Shown: piece after piece, positions 21,453 through 31,405 of the stretch | Layout: each line of letters begins with the position of its first letter | How positions within the stretch are numbered: the first letter of the stretch is position 1 | Source of the DNA: Mayamaea pseudoterrestris | Lineage: Eukaryota | Assembly: GCA_027923505.1 (NCBI GenBank) | Contig: BROI01000011.1 | Coordinates: 496,001 to 560,000 of the forward strand | DNA: 64,000 nucleotides | Direction of reading: 5' to 3' | Made by a program: the position numbers and the translations under genes | The notes under the pieces: generated by a model | Told to the model about the DNA's origin: nothing | The model's database searches: none | Seen by the model: the letters and a program-made list of their open reading frames with translations, nothing else

Positions 21453-24400
21453 CTAAGCTATTGCTTGTACTTTGGACTCTGCAAAGGATGTTGCAGTTTC
21501 GATAACGCTCTCGATTGATTGGCATTCCTGTGCCTGACCCTGCGCATTGTTTGGTCTTCCGCCACCGCGTCCACCGCATGCCTCAAGCGCTACCCGAACC
21601 CATTCGTCAGCTTTAAACCCTACGTCAACTAATTCATCAGGCACGCATGCAAAGGCAAGTACCTTTCCGCCACTTCCAACCTCCTCTTCGCTCAATCCAA
21701 AAAAGGCCAAGTCAGGTGCCAACTCTTTGATGGTATTTGTAACGCGCTGAGACGCTTTCGAGTCTGCGCCTATGTCCACGTTTAATACCAGTGACTTTTT
21801 ACCAGCAGCATTTGCCGCTTCGACCTCGCGTCGAACATCATTGAGACACAAGTCAACTCGTTGTTGCATTTCCTTTTTCTTTGCTTCGCTGGCGTTCTTT
21901 TGTATGCCTTCTATTTTTCCTCTTAGTTCAGCTTTTATTGTCGTTGCAACAAAAGCCGCATCAAGGTCTTTACGAACCGCGCCGGCTTTCTTGTCAAGGT
22001 CGGATGTGGTGGCTGGTATTTTTTCAAGTTCGTTAACAAGCTCGACAAATCGTTGACCTTCCGCAATCGCCTGCTTGGCAGCACCCTTCGTGACGGCACT
22101 TATACGGCGAATTCCCTTAGCAACTGCTGTCTCTTCAACAAGCACAAAGGCTTCTGCTTCAGCAGTGTTCGACAAATGCGTCCCGCCACAGAATTCTACG
22201 GAAGTCTCGTCACCAACTGTCACAACTTTGACAGGATCAGGATAAACCTCGCCAAACACAGCCCGTACCCCATTTATTTGCTTCGCCTCATCAAGAGGCA
22301 TTACCTGGCTAATGACTACCTGCTTCTTCTTGACAACATTCTGGCAGTAATCTTCGACAGCTTTGAGTTGCGCCGGCGTCAACGCCTTCTTGTAGCTGAA
22401 ATCGAAGCGAAGTTTCTCTTCATTACAAAGGCTACCTCGCTGGTCGCAATCAGCTCCGAGAACTTGTCGCAGAGCAGCATTCAGTACATGCGTCATGGAA
22501 TGGTTCGGAGCGATGAGGCGGCGGCGTTCATAGTCAACTTTGCAATTGACTGCCTGGCCCACTCGAAGCGAACCTCCTTCAATAACACCCTTGTGAAGAA
22601 TAAAGCCTGCATACACCTGAGAGTCTTTCACGTTAAATTTGCCAGACACTGTCTTGCTGTCGTTCCAAATTTCAACAATGCCAGTGTCAGCGACTTGTCC
22701 ACCAGATTCGGCGTAGTAGGACGATTTGTCGAGAATGACACCAACAAAATCGCCTTCTCGTGCTTCTGCACCGTCCTCGAGAAATCCATCCTCGCTGAAA
22801 ATTGCCATGACTGTCGCTGGAAGCTCCACGTCCCACTTATATTTAAAGCTGTCATCCGTTGGTTCAACATCATTGTCTGCCAACCAAGCCGTTTGTTCGG
22901 CAATCAGCTCCAACGCAGGCGCGCCACCTGCTCGAGCAGCCTTTTGCGCTTGTCGTGAGCGATTCTTTTGCTGTTCCATTTCAGTCTCAAATCCCTTGAC
23001 ATCCAGTGACATGCCCGCTTCCTGCGCCATGAGTTCGGTCAAATCAATGGGAAAGCCAAGCGTGTCGTACAAGTAGAATGCTCGACTACCAGAAACCACC
23101 GTTTCACCCGACTCCTGCAGCTCATGCTGCATGTCGTCAAAATACTTGATACCTCGCTCCAACATGCTGCTGAATGCTTGCTCTTCCTCTTGAATAATTT
23201 CCGTAATTGTGGATTGCGCTGCCTTAAGCTCTGGATAAAATTCGCCAAACGTTTCCACCACCACTGGCACGAGCGTTGCGAAAAAGCCCGGTTCCGCCTT
23301 TAGTATTTGCTGTCCATATCGCGTGGCTCGTCGAAGAATGCGCCGCAACACATAACCCCGCCCTTCATTGTTTGGCACGGCGCCATCGGCAATGGCGAAC
23401 GACAGTGTGCGAACGTGATCGGCAATGGCGCGGTAGGCCGTATCCTTCAAGTCGACATCGTCTTGGCCAACGCGTCCCTCGTAGGCTCCAATCTTGCTGT
23501 GCTTGGCGAGTTGCGCAAAGATTGGTTGAAAGACGTCAATGTCATAGTTGGAAGTCTTAAGCTGCAGAATGCTCACCAGTCGCTCCAATCCCATGCCCGT
23601 GTCAATATGTTTCGCGGGTAGCAGCTGCAAACCCTTTTCGTCGCGATTGTACTGAATGAATACAATATTCCTGTCACAAAGAGCAGTGTTTGTGAGACAA
23701 GAACGTGTAACAGCATGATCACCATTCAATCACAACAACAATAATATCATACATACCATATTTCAATCACATTGGGGTCATCCGCGTTGACCAAGTGTCG
23801 CGCGTCTGGTCGTTCTCCACTACTATCATCAATACTACGCCGATCGTAGTGAATCTCGCTGCACGGCCCGCACGGCCCCGTGTCACCCATTTCCCAAAAG
23901 TTGTCGCGCGCGTCGCACGCAATGACCCGCGATTCCGGCAAGTATTTCAACCAGCAGTTTCGAGCATCAACGTCCTCGTCGACTTGATCGTTGCCGTTAA
24001 AGTACGTGGCGTAGATTCGCTCCGGATCAAGTTTGTACACATTGACGAGCAAGTCCCACGCCATGTCAATGGCTTTTTCTTTAAAGTAGTCGTCAAACGA
24101 CCACGTGCCAAGCATTTCGAAAAACGTGTGATGATAGGTATCGCGGCCCACATCCTCCAAGTCGTTGTGCTTGCCGCCGGCGCGAATGCACTTTTGCGCG
24201 TTCACCACTCGTTTCAGACGCGCCAGTGGACTCTGCGGATCCACTTGGCCTAAAAAGATGGGTTTGAACTGGTTCATGCCGGCGTTGGTGAAGAGCAAGG
24301 TGGGATCGTTGAGGGGAGCGCAGGCGCTGGAGGGTTGAAAGACGTGATGGTGCGAGTCTTGAAAGTAGTTGATAAAGGTGGAGCGGACCTTGTCCGTGGA

Positions 24401-24604
24401 CCAAGTGATGTCACTGTTGTTTTCGTCATTGCTATTGCTAGTGTCGGATGCTGAGGTAGAAGCCGTCATGAAGCGCAAGGTGCGTGACATTCCAAACTTG
24501 CGACCATGGTGGTAAGGGACAAAGGCGAAGGCTCGTCGCCAGACGAGAGCACCACCAATAACAATCATGGCCAATTGGCGAGAGGATGAAGCAGCAAGAG
24601 GCAT
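21453..24604 (-). CDS. AARS: Alanyl-tRNA synthetase with N-terminal organellar presequence; 2 exons (intron 23671-23756)
   Basis: [33 protein letters not shown], spliced [19 protein letters not shown], editing motifs HSMTH and EFCGGTH, C-terminal GGRGGG. Confidence 0.97.
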
Positions 24605-24924
24605 AAGGAAGCTTGGAGTTGACGTAAATTTCGTTCCTTGACAGAAAATTGAGTGATGGCAGCTTGTCGGTCGATCGTAGAACGATTCGGGCAGCTAAAA
24701 TCAAGCGGCAGAAGAAAAATCTTCTCAATCTTTTTCTAGTGCTTTTGCAAGTATTGAAGCTTGGCAGCAGGCTCGTAGGTTGCTAGTGACAAGTCGTCGC
24801 GTCAGCAGTCACACGGATTCTATCCCCATGGTCCAGTCGTTCGTTCGTTGACGGATGGAACGAGGATGACGTACAAATGAATTGCGTTACGACACTTTCA
24901 AATGTCGCGAGTGAAAAGGTATAT

Positions 24925-24995
24925 CGATGGCGTCAAAGTGTACCGATGACGTCAGAATGTACCTAACGATGACGTCAAAGTGTAACGATGACGTC
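24925..24995. repeat. Four-copy array of CGATGACGTCA-type units (19-23 bp period) containing CRE-like palindromes
   Basis: TGGCGTCA at 24928, TGACGTCA at 24947 and 24970, TGACGTC at 24989; the first three are followed by AAGTGTA/GAATGTA. Confidence 0.85.
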
Positions 24996-25022
24996 GGGCG
25001 ACGAGCAACCATTCGGGCAGGC

Positions 25023-25248
25023 TGTGCTATCTGACACGATTCACATGCACCGGCCCAGCCTCAACGGCGAGCCGGACAGTCAACGGACACGCCCGTCGGG
25101 TATTAGCGAAGATGGGCGATCCTGTTGCGACATCTGCGATCCTCGCCAGTAAAAGAGCGATGGCTCGCCATGGAGGCAATCTTCAATTGCAGTCTTTAAA
25201 ATACCATCATAATTTCCATTTACATATCATCCTACGATAGGTACTTCA
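25023..25248 (+). repeat. LTR copy 1 (226 bp)
   Basis: TGTGCTATCT...GGTACTTCA; identical to copy 2 on reading. Confidence 0.97.
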
Positions 25249-25298
25249 CTTTGAATTCAAAATAGACAACTGTCTATCGAAAACGGAAACGAAACAAC

Positions 25299-25816
25299 AT
25301 GTTGATTAGAGGAGTCGACGTCAAGATCCCTTTGGTGCCTCGCGTCAAGTTTGAGTCGCTACCGAAACAAGATCTCACGTTCACCAAGCAAGATGGATCC
25401 AAGCACAAGCGCAAGATACAGATTGCTAGTGATGAAGACGTCGTGACCGTCCTTCGTGTCATCGGGGAGGTGATTGGTGCAATGGAGCAGCTCGCCTTTG
25501 ATGGACAGGCAGCCCATCGCATGAGGGTCCGCAAGGAATCCTTTCGCCTTTGTCTCCTTGGAGCGCCTCGTGATACTTGGGATCAATCAGTTCTACCAGA
25601 CGATACAATCGCAGCGTGGAACCAGTCGCTCAAAGCTTTCCTCTCCAACCTCATGGTCGTCGACGATGATTTGCGTCGACAGAAAGAGTACCTCAAGAAT
25701 CTCAAGTTGCCTGACGGCTATACGGTTACCCAATCAATTAGTTTGTTGCGCAATATGTTCAAGTTGATGGCTTATATGCCGCAAGAAGACGAGGCGGTTT
25801 ACCCAACGGCGGTCCA
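25299..25816 (+). pseudogene. gag: Truncated gag copy interrupted by LTR copy 2
   Basis: Matches 26093-26610 except C25795 vs A26589, then breaks at GGTCCA|TGTG. Confidence 0.9.
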
Positions 25817-26042
25817 TGTGCTATCTGACACGATTCACATGCACCGGCCCAGCCTCAACGGCGAGCCGGACAGTCAACGGACACGCCCGTCGGGTATTAG
25901 CGAAGATGGGCGATCCTGTTGCGACATCTGCGATCCTCGCCAGTAAAAGAGCGATGGCTCGCCATGGAGGCAATCTTCAATTGCAGTCTTTAAAATACCA
26001 TCATAATTTCCATTTACATATCATCCTACGATAGGTACTTCA
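25817..26042 (+). repeat. LTR copy 2 (226 bp)
   Basis: Same sequence as LTR1, offset by 794 bp. Confidence 0.97.
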
Positions 26043-26092
26043 CTTTGAATTCAAAATAGACAACTGTCTATCGAAAACGGAAACGAAACAAC

Positions 26093-27190
26093 ATGTTGAT
26101 TAGAGGAGTCGACGTCAAGATCCCTTTGGTGCCTCGCGTCAAGTTTGAGTCGCTACCGAAACAAGATCTCACGTTCACCAAGCAAGATGGATCCAAGCAC
26201 AAGCGCAAGATACAGATTGCTAGTGATGAAGACGTCGTGACCGTCCTTCGTGTCATCGGGGAGGTGATTGGTGCAATGGAGCAGCTCGCCTTTGATGGAC
26301 AGGCAGCCCATCGCATGAGGGTCCGCAAGGAATCCTTTCGCCTTTGTCTCCTTGGAGCGCCTCGTGATACTTGGGATCAATCAGTTCTACCAGACGATAC
26401 AATCGCAGCGTGGAACCAGTCGCTCAAAGCTTTCCTCTCCAACCTCATGGTCGTCGACGATGATTTGCGTCGACAGAAAGAGTACCTCAAGAATCTCAAG
26501 TTGCCTGACGGCTATACGGTTACCCAATCAATTAGTTTGTTGCGCAATATGTTCAAGTTGATGGCTTATATGCCGCAAGAAGACGAGGAGGTTTACCCAA
26601 CGGCGGTCCAGTATACGGACGAGGACATCAAGGATCTCCTGCTCGCAATGGTCCCTACTTGGCTGCAAAGCAAGTTTGAGGAGCAATCTTTAACGAGTCG
26701 CCTTGCAGACCTTTCTCTGATTCAATTTGCTTGTTGGTTGGATAACATGATCAATCTAAAAGCAAGCAACAGGACTCCAGTCGACTCGAACGACAATGGC
26801 GGCAGCCGTCGGAGCGGCAAACGCTCGCGTCGCAACGGTGGCAACGGCGGCGGCCAAAACAACGACCATGGGAATGGATCGAGAAAGAAGCATAAAGCAA
26901 ACAACGATGCCAACGTGTGCAAATACCATGGCGGCCACACTTGGGAGCAGTGTTTCGGCAACCCCAAGGGCCCGCGCTACAAGCCGGGTTTCAAACTCGA
27001 CAAGTCGAAATTGAAAAAGAAAAACAACAATGGAGGCGGCAACAATGGAGGCGGAGCTGCTCAAGGAGCTGATGAAGACCAGCACATGATAGTGGATGTT
27101 ACAACAGAGGAACCAGCGCCAGCGCAAGAGCAAGAGAGCGAGTCGGAGGTTGATTGGGATCAAGCAATTGGAGCGGTCTTTGAAGAATGA
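26093..27190 (+). CDS. gag: Gag-like protein
   Basis: First ORF after the LTR; basic/Gly-Asn-rich C-terminus with a Cys/His knuckle (CKYHGGHTWEQC). Confidence 0.85.
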   Translation: MLIRGVDVKIPLVPRVKFESLPKQDLTFTKQDGSKHKRKIQIASDEDVVTVLRVIGEVIGAMEQLAFDGQAAHRMRVRKESFRLCLLGAPRDTWDQSVLPDDTIAAWNQSLKAFLSNLMVVDDDLRRQKEYLKNLKLPDGYTVTQSISLLRNMFKLMAYMPQEDEEVYPTAVQYTDEDIKDLLLAMVPTWLQSKFEEQSLTSRLADLSLIQFACWLDNMINLKASNRTPVDSNDNGGSRRSGKRSRRNGGNGGGQNNDHGNGSRKKHKANNDANVCKYHGGHTWEQCFGNPKGPRYKPGFKLDKSKLKKKNNNGGGNNGGGAAQGADEDQHMIVDVTTEEPAPAQEQESESEVDWDQAIGAVFEE

Positions 27191-27685
27191 GATACGGCGG
27201 CGGTCTCAGCGGCAGCCAGTGCGACGGAAGACGCTCTTGTAGCGGACGAAGTTAATCAACAAGCTACTAGCGACAAAGTTACGGATTTCATTCCTGTTGT
27301 ACTTATTGTCGTTGGTAAAGCTAATGGCAGTCGTTGCAAACGCACGCTTACCGCCCTTTGCGACTCAGGAGCCTCGACAAGTTGGATTAGCCAAAGAGCG
27401 GCACATGGATTGCCTCAGTGCAAAGCGCCACGTTTAGTATCACAGACTGCAGTTGGCAAATTGGAGAGCTCTACCAAGATTGATTTTGCCGAGTCGTTCC
27501 TTCCCGAGTTAAGTACTTCAAAAAGGATCGGCGCCTTTCCAGTGCGAGTCTTCCAGCAGGATATAAGGTATGACATGCTGCTGGGGCGAGACGTCTTAAC
27601 GGCGCTCGGATTGACCATTGACTTTGGAGACAAACAAATCAATTGGGGTAATCAATCGACTCCAATGGTGACGATGGAGGATTGA
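27191..27685 (+). CDS. Retroviral-type aspartic protease region, in frame with gag beyond its TGA
   Basis: Translating on from the gag stop gives ...[13 protein letters not shown]...YDMLLGRD; there is no ATG upstream of the DSG motif. Confidence 0.85.
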   Translation, partial: DTAAVSAAASATEDALVADEVNQQATSDKVTDFIPVVLIVVGKANGSRCKRTLTALCDSGASTSWISQRAAHGLPQCKAPRLVSQTAVGKLESSTKIDFAESFLPELSTSKRIGAFPVRVFQQDIRYDMLLGRDVLTALGLTIDFGDKQINWGNQSTPMVTMED

Positions 27686-30684
27686 GCAACCGGCCAAAAC
27701 AAATCAGAGACTCTTTGATTGAGCGGTTTGTCCTTTTCTCTGATACTGAACCAGACCTGCATACAAGCGAGGAGATTTTATCAGCTAAGTATAACAAAGT
27801 GTCGACTGATGAGGTTGCAGACCAATCGACTCATTTAAATGAGAAGCAACGTACCGATTTAAAACGCCTCTTACGACGCTTTCCCGCTCTCTTCTCAGGC
27901 AAGCTTGGCAAATACCCACACGAGCTAGTCCACATTGACATTGATCCACAAGCTAAACCAGTCCATAAAAGACATTATCCAGTGCCTCGAGTGCATGAGC
28001 AAACCTTTAAGGAAGAGCTTGATCGACTCGTCGAACTCGGTGTACTTGAGCCTTGCGGCCGCAGCGAATGGGCGGCGCCCACCTTTATTATACCAAAGAA
28101 GGACAAGACTGTACGCTTTGTCTCTGACTTTAGAGCATTGAACAAAGTAATCAAGAGGCGCACGTTCCCGATGCCGCGGATCCATGAACTGCTGGCGAGG
28201 CGCAGCGGATACAAGTTCTTTACCAAGCTTGATATTTCAATGCAGTATTATACCTTCCAGTTGGACAAGGAGAGCAGCAAGCTCTGTACAATTGCAACGC
28301 CGTTTGGTTTGTTTCGATACTTGCGTTTGCCAATGGGCGTCAATCAAGCCCCCGATATTGCTCAAGAGGTGATGGAGAAGGTTTTACAAGGATTGCGCGA
28401 CGTTGAAAAGTACCTTGATGACGTCGGTTGCTTTAGCGACACTTGGCAAGAGCATTTAAAGCTATTGGAGTCTGTTTTAAAGCGACTCGAGGATAGCGGC
28501 TTTACAATCAATCCAAGCAAGTGCGAATGGGGCGTCAAGGAAACCGACTGGCTTGGGTACTGGCTCACGCCGACAGGCCTCAAACCCTGGCCCAAGAAAG
28601 TCCAAGCAATTGTGGATATGAAGCCTCCTACCAATCTCAAGCAGTTGCGCTCATTCCTTGGTCTTGTTACTTACTATCGCACCATGTGGCCTCGTCGGTC
28701 GCACATGCTTGCTCCGTTGACGAATCTCGTTGGCAAAAAGACCTTTCAATGGGGCGCGCCTCAACACAAGGCATTCGAAGAAATGAAAGCTGTTGCAGCA
28801 AGCGATGTACTCCTTCGCTATCCTGATCATAACAAGCCATTCGTCATCAAAACGGATGCGTCTGATTATCAACTCGGCGCCGTCATCCTTCAAGATGGCG
28901 TGCCGGTGGCTTACTTTTCGCGCAAACTCAATTCCGCCCAAGTCAATTACACAACCATTGAAAAAGAATTGCTAAGTATTGTTGAAACGCTCAAAACGTT
29001 TCGTTCGATGCTGCTTGGAGCGCGTTTGCAAATCCATACGGACCATAAAAATCTCACCCACGATTTGACCGCCTTTCAAACACAGCGCGTCCTTCGCTGG
29101 CGCCTGTACTTGGAGGAGTTCGGGCCCGAGTTCTGTTACCTCAAAGGGGAGCTAAACACTGTTGCAGACGCTCTTTCAAGGGTGCCAACAGAAAGGGAAA
29201 CCTCTCTAGTGGGGGAGAGCCCTGTTGATGTTTTGAAACAACGACAGGAAGCGCAAAAGGCAGCAATGCCCATGCGACAATCGCTACCTTTGCGACAGAA
29301 TTCCCATCACGATGACAACTTACACGGTGTCAACGATGGCCATCACGATGGCGGCGTTCTTGCACATTCAAACGAATCAACAACAAACGACCATGGGGAA
29401 AGGCAAATTGAAGAGCTATCAATTGCTAATAATGAAGGTTACTGTCTCCTACGGGACGAACCAGAGCTTGCAGAGTGCCTGCTCCTCCATCCGGAGTTCG
29501 ACGAACAAGGGCGATATCCCCTGTCGTATTCAACCATTGCCGAGTATCAACAAGAAGATGCAACGCTAATGGCCGCAGTCCAAAACCAAGACGCGGCAAC
29601 CATACAATACAAACAACTTGGAGACGTTCAGATTGTTGTATTCCAAGCAGACGAACGCTGGCGAATCTGCATCCCCAGTGCGATCCTCGATCGCTTGATT
29701 CTTTGGTACCACCTCTCAATGGCCCACGCTGGAATGACTCGCCTCACAACGAGCATCAAACAGCACTTTTACCATCCTAAGCTCAAGCAGCGCGTCGAGC
29801 ATCTTGTTGGTGCTTGCGATACTTGCCAACGCAACAAAGGAGGCAGCCGCCAATATGGAGAGCTGCCAGCGAGAGACGTGCGCGTCGCTCCTTGGTATGA
29901 AGTCCACGTTGACCTCATCGGCCCATGGAAAGTATCAGTGAACGGCATTGACTGTTATTTCAGAGCGTTAACGATGATTGACCCAGTTACTAACCTCGTC
30001 GAAATTGTTCGCTATCAGGACAAGTCGGCGTATCATATCGGCCGTCTCTTTGAAGACACCTGGCTCTCTCGTTACCCTCGACCAATGCGACTCATTGCAG
30101 ACCAAGGCAGTGAGTTTAAAGGGGCATTTGGAACTATCCTTGAATACAATGGGATTGATTGGCATGCCGCTTCGGCCAAGACGCCCACCGCTAACAGCAT
30201 TTGCGAGCGCTGTCACCTCGTTATTGGCAACGTGCTTCGTACACTTGTACACGCTCATCCGCCCGAGGATTTGATGGAAGCTGACGATATAATCGATCAA
30301 TGCCTCGCGACAGCAATGCATGCAACACGAGTTGTATCAAGTGGAGCTCTTGATAACCTTTCTCCCGGCGCCGTCGTCTTTCAACGCGACATGTTCTTGG
30401 ATATACCTCTTGTTGCCGACATTCTAGCTATCTCTGTTAAACGAGAAGCGATTGTCAATGAACGTTTGCTCCAAGCGAATCGTTCGAGACTGACTCATGA
30501 CTTTAAAGTTGACGAGCAGATCCTCAAAAAGGTATACGACCCTAACAAGCTCGAAGAACGATGGATCGGTCCTTATTCAATTGAACAAGTCCACGTTAAT
30601 GGAACGGTTACCATTCGCCTCTCGCCTATGGTGACTGACCGAGTTAATATTCGACGTATCAAGCCGTACCGGCAAGACGTTTAA
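27682..30684 (+). CDS. pol: Pol: reverse transcriptase, RNase H, integrase (in the -1 frame relative to the protease)
   Basis: RT DFRALN, LPMG, YLDD; RNase H TDASD, EKELL, TDHKNL; integrase HHCC (HLSMAH...CDTC), DLIG, DQGSEF, ER, GPY. No chromodomain seen. Confidence 0.95.
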   Translation: MSNRPKQIRDSLIERFVLFSDTEPDLHTSEEILSAKYNKVSTDEVADQSTHLNEKQRTDLKRLLRRFPALFSGKLGKYPHELVHIDIDPQAKPVHKRHYPVPRVHEQTFKEELDRLVELGVLEPCGRSEWAAPTFIIPKKDKTVRFVSDFRALNKVIKRRTFPMPRIHELLARRSGYKFFTKLDISMQYYTFQLDKESSKLCTIATPFGLFRYLRLPMGVNQAPDIAQEVMEKVLQGLRDVEKYLDDVGCFSDTWQEHLKLLESVLKRLEDSGFTINPSKCEWGVKETDWLGYWLTPTGLKPWPKKVQAIVDMKPPTNLKQLRSFLGLVTYYRTMWPRRSHMLAPLTNLVGKKTFQWGAPQHKAFEEMKAVAASDVLLRYPDHNKPFVIKTDASDYQLGAVILQDGVPVAYFSRKLNSAQVNYTTIEKELLSIVETLKTFRSMLLGARLQIHTDHKNLTHDLTAFQTQRVLRWRLYLEEFGPEFCYLKGELNTVADALSRVPTERETSLVGESPVDVLKQRQEAQKAAMPMRQSLPLRQNSHHDDNLHGVNDGHHDGGVLAHSNESTTNDHGERQIEELSIANNEGYCLLRDEPELAECLLLHPEFDEQGRYPLSYSTIAEYQQEDATLMAAVQNQDAATIQYKQLGDVQIVVFQADERWRICIPSAILDRLILWYHLSMAHAGMTRLTTSIKQHFYHPKLKQRVEHLVGACDTCQRNKGGSRQYGELPARDVRVAPWYEVHVDLIGPWKVSVNGIDCYFRALTMIDPVTNLVEIVRYQDKSAYHIGRLFEDTWLSRYPRPMRLIADQGSEFKGAFGTILEYNGIDWHAASAKTPTANSICERCHLVIGNVLRTLVHAHPPEDLMEADDIIDQCLATAMHATRVVSSGALDNLSPGAVVFQRDMFLDIPLVADILAISVKREAIVNERLLQANRSRLTHDFKVDEQILKKVYDPNKLEERWIGPYSIEQVHVNGTVTIRLSPMVTDRVNIRRIKPYRQDV

Positions 30685-30829
30685 GGTTTGCGCAGCTCCC
30701 TTGTTCGATTCATCAAGATCGAGCTAAATTACGGCACCCTGTACGACAGGAAGGCCGCTGCCACTTTACAAACAAGAAGGACGACATCTTACCCCAGCTA
30801 CCCTCATGGTCACTCTTAGTGTGGGAGAG

Positions 30830-31055
30830 TGTGCTATCTGACACGATTCACATGCACCGGCCCAGCCTCAACGGCGAGCCGGACAGTCAACGGACACGCC
30901 CGTCGGGTATTAGCAAAGATGGGCGATCCTGTTGCGACATCTGCGATCCTCGCCAGTAAAAGAGCGATGGCTCGCCATGGAGGCAATCTTCAATTGCAGT
31001 CTTTAAAATACCATCATAATTTCCATTTACATATCATCCTACGATAGGTACTTCA
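30830..31055 (+). repeat. LTR copy 3 (3' LTR, 226 bp), preceded by PPT GGGAGAG
   Basis: One difference seen versus LTR1/2: A30915 vs G25108. Confidence 0.97.
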
Positions 31056-31405
31056 CAGGCTGCACGCAATGAAGTTGGAAAGGTTCATTCGAAAGTACGT
31101 TAGGGTCAGGCTGCAGTACATCCTCTACACGTGGATACACAGTGCCGGTAAGACTTTGGTGCACAATTTTTATCGTTGCAAATGGCTGTTAGGGTCTGGC
31201 TGCAGGTACGAATGCTGAAAACGAAGCACAGTTCACTCTTGGCTGCACACAATGAACTTGACATGTTCGTTCGAAAGTCAGGCTGCAGAGTGTTGTAAAA
31301 CAAAATTGAACCATGCATTAACTGTAAAGTAGTTCACAGCAAATTCATTCATAACTTCATTCCAAACTAGTTCATAACAGATTCATATTTCAACATGTAT
31401 ATTTG

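Larger units (their letters stand above)
25023..31055 (+). mobile_element. Ty3/Gypsy LTR retrotransposon complex with three LTRs; 5-bp TSD CAGGC (25018-25022 and 31056-31060)
   Basis: TG...CA 226-bp LTRs, gag, aspartic protease, RT-RNaseH-integrase order, PPT before the 3' LTR, matching TSD. Confidence 0.97.

Noticed and set aside
31100..31194. TTAGGG hexamers as an interstitial telomere
   Set aside because: Two isolated hexamers, not a tandem array.
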